Part shown: positions 57,582 to 60,806 of the stretch, one piece after another
Position numbering within the stretch: position 1 is the first letter of the stretch
Layout: the number at the start of each line of letters is the position of its first letter
Translations under genes and position numbers: made by a program
The notes under the pieces: model-generated
Database searches by the model: none
The model's input: the letters and a program-made list of their open reading frames with translations, nothing else
What the model was told of the DNA's origin: nothing
Assembly (NCBI GenBank): GCA_051532035.1
Contig: JAOPTW010000066.1
Span: forward strand, 1 to 60,806
Source of the DNA: Fibrobacterales bacterium
GTDB lineage: Bacteria > Fibrobacterota > Fibrobacteria > Fibrobacterales > JAOPTW01
Reading direction: 5' to 3'
Length of the DNA stretch: 60,806 bases

Positions 57582-57723
57582 AAAGAAAAGAGTAAAAAAA
57601 GAGGGGATATACCCGTGAGAAGCGCTCATAACTTCACCTTGAAACAATTGTGTGAGTCTCTTTGAAGCTGTAACTGTTACAATTTTTGACACAAGGTTAG
57701 GTAAAATAAACTTTACACAACAA

Positions 57724-57739
57724 TGTGACAGCCATCACA
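57724..57739 (+). promoter_or_regulatory. CRP/FNR-family box TGTGA-CAGCCA-TCACA
   Basis: perfect TGTGA-N6-TCACA, centred at -41.5 relative to a start at 57773 defined by -10 TACTTT (57761-57766). Confidence 0.6.
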
Positions 57740-57772
57740 GACACTTTCCCCTGATAAATATACTTTAGGTAC

Positions 57773-57867
57773 ATGATTTGATACCTACCGCTTAGACGAT
57801 TGACACCTGATGATTATCAATGACAACAAAACAAAAAAGCCGTTCTGCCCGAGCGGCTTTTTTGTTT
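57773..57867 (+). ncRNA. candidate small RNA (~95 nt)
   Basis: class-II CRP-type promoter geometry upstream, strong orphan terminator downstream, no credible CDS; both flanking genes are on the opposite strand. Confidence 0.45.
57829..57867 (+). terminator. orphan Rho-independent terminator
   Basis: AAACAAAAAAGCCGTTC-tgccc-GAGCGGCTTTTTTGTTT. Confidence 0.75.
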
Positions 57868-57924
57868 CCCCTAAATAAGTAAAAACTTTCAAATGTATCA
57901 CGTTCAGTGTAATGGGCAAAAATG

Positions 57925-57954
57925 AAAAAGGCCACAGAATCATCTGTGGCCTTT
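57925..57954 (-). terminator. terminator of tpx
   Basis: minus strand AAAGGCCACAGA-tgat-TCTGTGGCCTTTTT. Confidence 0.8.
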
Positions 57955-57988
57955 AGGTTTTCTCAAATGAGAAATGTAACGACGTCTA

Positions 57989-58501
57989 CTATGCAGTAGC
58001 GTTTATACCTAAGCTTTCAAGAGCTGCATCATAGTTAGGCTCTTGAGTAATTTCTGGAACCTGCTCAGAGTAGATCACTTTATTGTCTTCATCCAAAACA
58101 ACTACTGCGCGTGCAGTAAGTCCTGTGAGAGGGCCTTCAACAATTTCAACACCATAATCTTTACCAAAAGAGCTTCTGAATGTAGAGAGTGCTGTTACAT
58201 TTTCAATCCCCTCAGTTGAGCAAAAACGGCCCTGAGCAAAAGGGAGGTCAGCTGAAATAACGAGAACAACAACACTATCACTTGCAGCAGATTCGTTGAA
58301 TTTACGTGCAGATGTTGCACATACTGCAGTATCAAGTGACGGAACGATATTGAGAAGTTTCTTTTTGCCTGCAAAATCCCCAAGAGATTTTTCGCTGAGG
58401 TCACCTGCAACAAGGGTAAGTGCTGGTGCTACTGAACCAACTACTGGAAGCTCGCCGATTGAGTCTGAAGTTATTTCATTTTTTAGTGTAATTTTAGCCA
58501 T
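57989..58501 (-). CDS. tpx: thiol peroxidase (Tpx, atypical 2-Cys peroxiredoxin)
   Basis: [36 protein letters not shown]. Confidence 0.95.
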   Translation of the reverse strand: MAKITLKNEITSDSIGELPVVGSVAPALTLVAGDLSEKSLGDFAGKKKLLNIVPSLDTAVCATSARKFNESAASDSVVVLVISADLPFAQGRFCSTEGIENVTALSTFRSSFGKDYGVEIVEGPLTGLTARAVVVLDEDNKVIYSEQVPEITQEPNYDAALESLGINATA

Positions 58502-58651
58502 GTGTTACTCCTATGTATATTCAATTGTTTGTTTTAATTGAAAGTAACTATTCAACAGCTTAAATCAACAACGCGGGAGTAATCATTACAGTTTTGGAAT
58601 GAGTTTGTCATTTTTGAAATAGTAAGTGGTCTAAGTGAGCTTTTTGTAGGG

Positions 58652-60460
58652 TTACACTTTTGCTGATACCTGCATATCGAGAATGGCATTAATAAAAACA
58701 TCACCATACTCCATAAGCTTCTTTTCGCCTACCCCATTAATAGCAAGAAACTGCTCGTCTGTAATTGGCTGAAGAGAAGACATCTGTCTGAGGGTTGCAT
58801 CAGAGAAGACAAGATAGGCGGGAATGCTTTTAGTATCTGCAATCTCTTTTCGGAGCCCCTTTAACATAGCAAAATAGAGGGGGTCAAATACTCCATCATC
58901 AAATGCTGTTGAGGGAGCCTCTTTAGACTCATTAAATTTCTGTTGTTCAACAGGTTCTACGAGTGAAACCGATTGTCCTTTGAGGAGCACCTCTGTACCA
59001 GGCTCAGTAACCCTTAAAGCTGGATTACTCCCATAGGTAGGTTCAATGTACCCTTGATGAATCATTTGAAGTAGGTAGTGTCGCCAGTTGTCAAAAGAGA
59101 CATCAGATCCTGCACCATAGGTTTTAATAGTGTGAAAACCTCGTTCAATAATTTCACGTCGCTGTGAACCCCTCAGGACATCTACTAAAATATTGGTAGA
59201 GACTGGTTCTTTGATTCTGATAATTGCCGAAAGTGCTTTTTGAGTATGAATAGTTCCATCAAATGTCTTGGGAGGGTTTTTACATACGTCACAGTTACCG
59301 CAGTTCTCATGGAGATGCTCATTAAAATAACTGAGTAATATTTTTCTGCGACAGGTACTCGCATCAGCATAGTCTTGCATACGTTGTAGTTTATTGTGGA
59401 GGACATCTCGTTGACCACTATCTTCAATGAACCCTTTCAAGAGCATCACATCAGCAATACTATAAAAAAGGAGTGCTTCACTTGGGAGTCCATCCCGCCC
59501 TGCACGGCCAATTTCTTGATAGTACCCTTCTATATTTTTAGGGAGGTTAAAGTGTATAACCCAACGAACATTAGACTTATCAATTCCCATACCAAAGGCT
59601 ATGGTGGCACAAATTATTTGCAAACGGTCGGATATAAACTCTTCTTGCATGTGAGCTCGATCAGCAGGGTCCATTCCTGCATGGTAAAATCCCGCGTTTA
59701 TCCCTTTTGCTTGTAGTTTCTCTGCAATTTTTTCGGTTGATTTTCTACTGAGGCAATAGATAATACCTGAATCACCGCTTTTTTTCCTAATAAAGCCAAG
59801 AATCGCTTCAAAGCGTTTCTTACCCGGGAGTACGGTCAATCGAATGTTGGGCCTATCAAAAGAGGCGACAAACTTTTCAGGGGCTTCAAGAGTGAGTTGC
59901 TGACAGATATCACTTTGAGTGATGCGGTCTGCAGTAGCAGTGAGTGCAACAAAGGGAATAGTAGGAAAGCGATTTTTAAGGGTGGCCATCCGAGTATATT
60001 CAGGTCTAAAATCATGCCCCCACATAGAGATACAGTGTGCTTCGTCAATAGCGATCATATTAATGTGAGCTTCACTGAGTGCATCAAGAAAATGAGGAGT
60101 AACAAGTTTTTCGGGAGAGATATACAGCAAATCAAGTGTTCCCTCACGAAGCGAACTCCAGACCTCTCTCTGCTGATCACTACTCTGCGAGCTATTCAAA
60201 AAAGAGGCAGCAATGCCATTTTCATGAAGTCCTTCCACTTGGTCTTTCATAAGGGCAATCAGTGGTGAAACAACGATACAGGTACCCGGCATCATAATCG
60301 CAGGTAATTGAAAGCAGAGTGATTTACCACCTCCGGTAGGCATAATCACAAGAGTATCTTTTTTATCAAGAATAGATTGGATTATGTCTGACTGAAATGG
60401 TCTAAAACTATCGTAGCCAAAGTGTTTTTTAAGTAGGGGAAGTGCGTCGGTCATGTTCAT
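58652..60460 (-). CDS. recQ: ATP-dependent DNA helicase RecQ
   Basis: MPTGGGKSLC, DEAHCISMWGHDFRPEY, ATIAFGMGIDK, QEIGRAGRDG, zinc site CRR...CGNCDVC, RQC and one HRDC domain. Confidence 0.96.
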   Translation of the reverse strand: MNMTDALPLLKKHFGYDSFRPFQSDIIQSILDKKDTLVIMPTGGGKSLCFQLPAIMMPGTCIVVSPLIALMKDQVEGLHENGIAASFLNSSQSSDQQREVWSSLREGTLDLLYISPEKLVTPHFLDALSEAHINMIAIDEAHCISMWGHDFRPEYTRMATLKNRFPTIPFVALTATADRITQSDICQQLTLEAPEKFVASFDRPNIRLTVLPGKKRFEAILGFIRKKSGDSGIIYCLSRKSTEKIAEKLQAKGINAGFYHAGMDPADRAHMQEEFISDRLQIICATIAFGMGIDKSNVRWVIHFNLPKNIEGYYQEIGRAGRDGLPSEALLFYSIADVMLLKGFIEDSGQRDVLHNKLQRMQDYADASTCRRKILLSYFNEHLHENCGNCDVCKNPPKTFDGTIHTQKALSAIIRIKEPVSTNILVDVLRGSQRREIIERGFHTIKTYGAGSDVSFDNWRHYLLQMIHQGYIEPTYGSNPALRVTEPGTEVLLKGQSVSLVEPVEQQKFNESKEAPSTAFDDGVFDPLYFAMLKGLRKEIADTKSIPAYLVFSDATLRQMSSLQPITDEQFLAINGVGEKKLMEYGDVFINAILDMQVSAKV

Positions 60461-60722
60461 AAGTCAAATATAGTTAAATACAATCATTAAACGATTCAGT
60501 GACTAAATGGGTAACCTGGGTGTAATAAAAAACCAGAGCTGAAAATGGTGCCCTTTAAGCTAGGCTTTTGAGGAATAAATTTCCTTATGCGATAGTCCCC
60601 CATTGAAGCCTCATTTAATAGTAACTATCCCTTTAAAAGCAATAATGAGTACCTATTCAATAATTACTTTAAGAAATGAAGAAATGCTTAAATTTATCTC
60701 AAAATGGCCATTGAACCTTTTT

Positions 60723-60737
60723 TGGCACGGCATTTGC
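60723..60737 (+). promoter_or_regulatory. sigma54 (RpoN) -24/-12 promoter for a gene starting at the window edge
   Basis: TGGCAC-GGCAT-TTGC is a perfect consensus match; AAGGA RBS and ATG at 60804-60806. Confidence 0.75.
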
Positions 60738-60806
60738 GTTAATAGATAGGAGAAAAGACGGAGAATTAGGGAAGAGTTCTTCATAAACTATAAGGATGTA
60801 GCTATG

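Noticed and set aside
57516..57692. N-terminal extensions given by the ORF track for hsp20, and likewise for rarA, YeeE, ArsC, DUF485, purF, rsgA, the FecR-like gene, rpsF and 25282-26922
   Set aside because: The extensions overlap neighbouring genes or promoters; downstream starts have an RBS or -10 signal and match the expected family N-termini
57810..57878. 22-codon ORF (MIINDNKTKKPFCPSGFFVSPK) within the sRNA candidate
   Set aside because: It has no RBS and runs through the terminator hairpin, which explains its sequence

Overview
AT-rich (roughly 40% GC by eye) bacterial chromosomal window, probably from an FCB-group organism such as Fibrobacterota; this is inferred from gene style and has not been tested. 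It holds about 50 CDS and one tRNA-Leu(TAA). I saw no CRISPR array, prophage, integrase or transposase. Housekeeping genes include rarA, polA-coaE, purF, rsgA, murD, clpS, rpsF-rpsR-rplI, recQ, tpx, hsp20, ferritin and M16/M18 peptidases. Five things stand out. (1) A four-gene sulfur/electron-transfer operon: octaheme tetrathionate-reductase-family cytochrome, a 7-heme cytochrome c fused to cytochrome b, YeeE/YedE, and YeeE fused to a Cys-less rhodanese-like domain ending in a SoxY-like GGGCG tail. (2) A carboxylate-uptake locus (DUF3360, DUF485, ActP) that shares a 16-bp palindromic operator and lies divergent from an unusual membrane sensor (His-rich N-domain, sCache, PAS, DUF294 nucleotidyltransferase). 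(3) A six-gene LPP20/DUF6175/FlgT-like exported-protein cluster, including a 46-aa lipoprotein missing from the ORF track. (4) A candidate ~95-nt sRNA with a perfect CRP-type box at -41.5 and an orphan terminator. (5) A recurring TAnnnT-N6/7-ATG pattern suggesting widespread leaderless mRNAs. Family names come from recalled motifs; no database searches were run.
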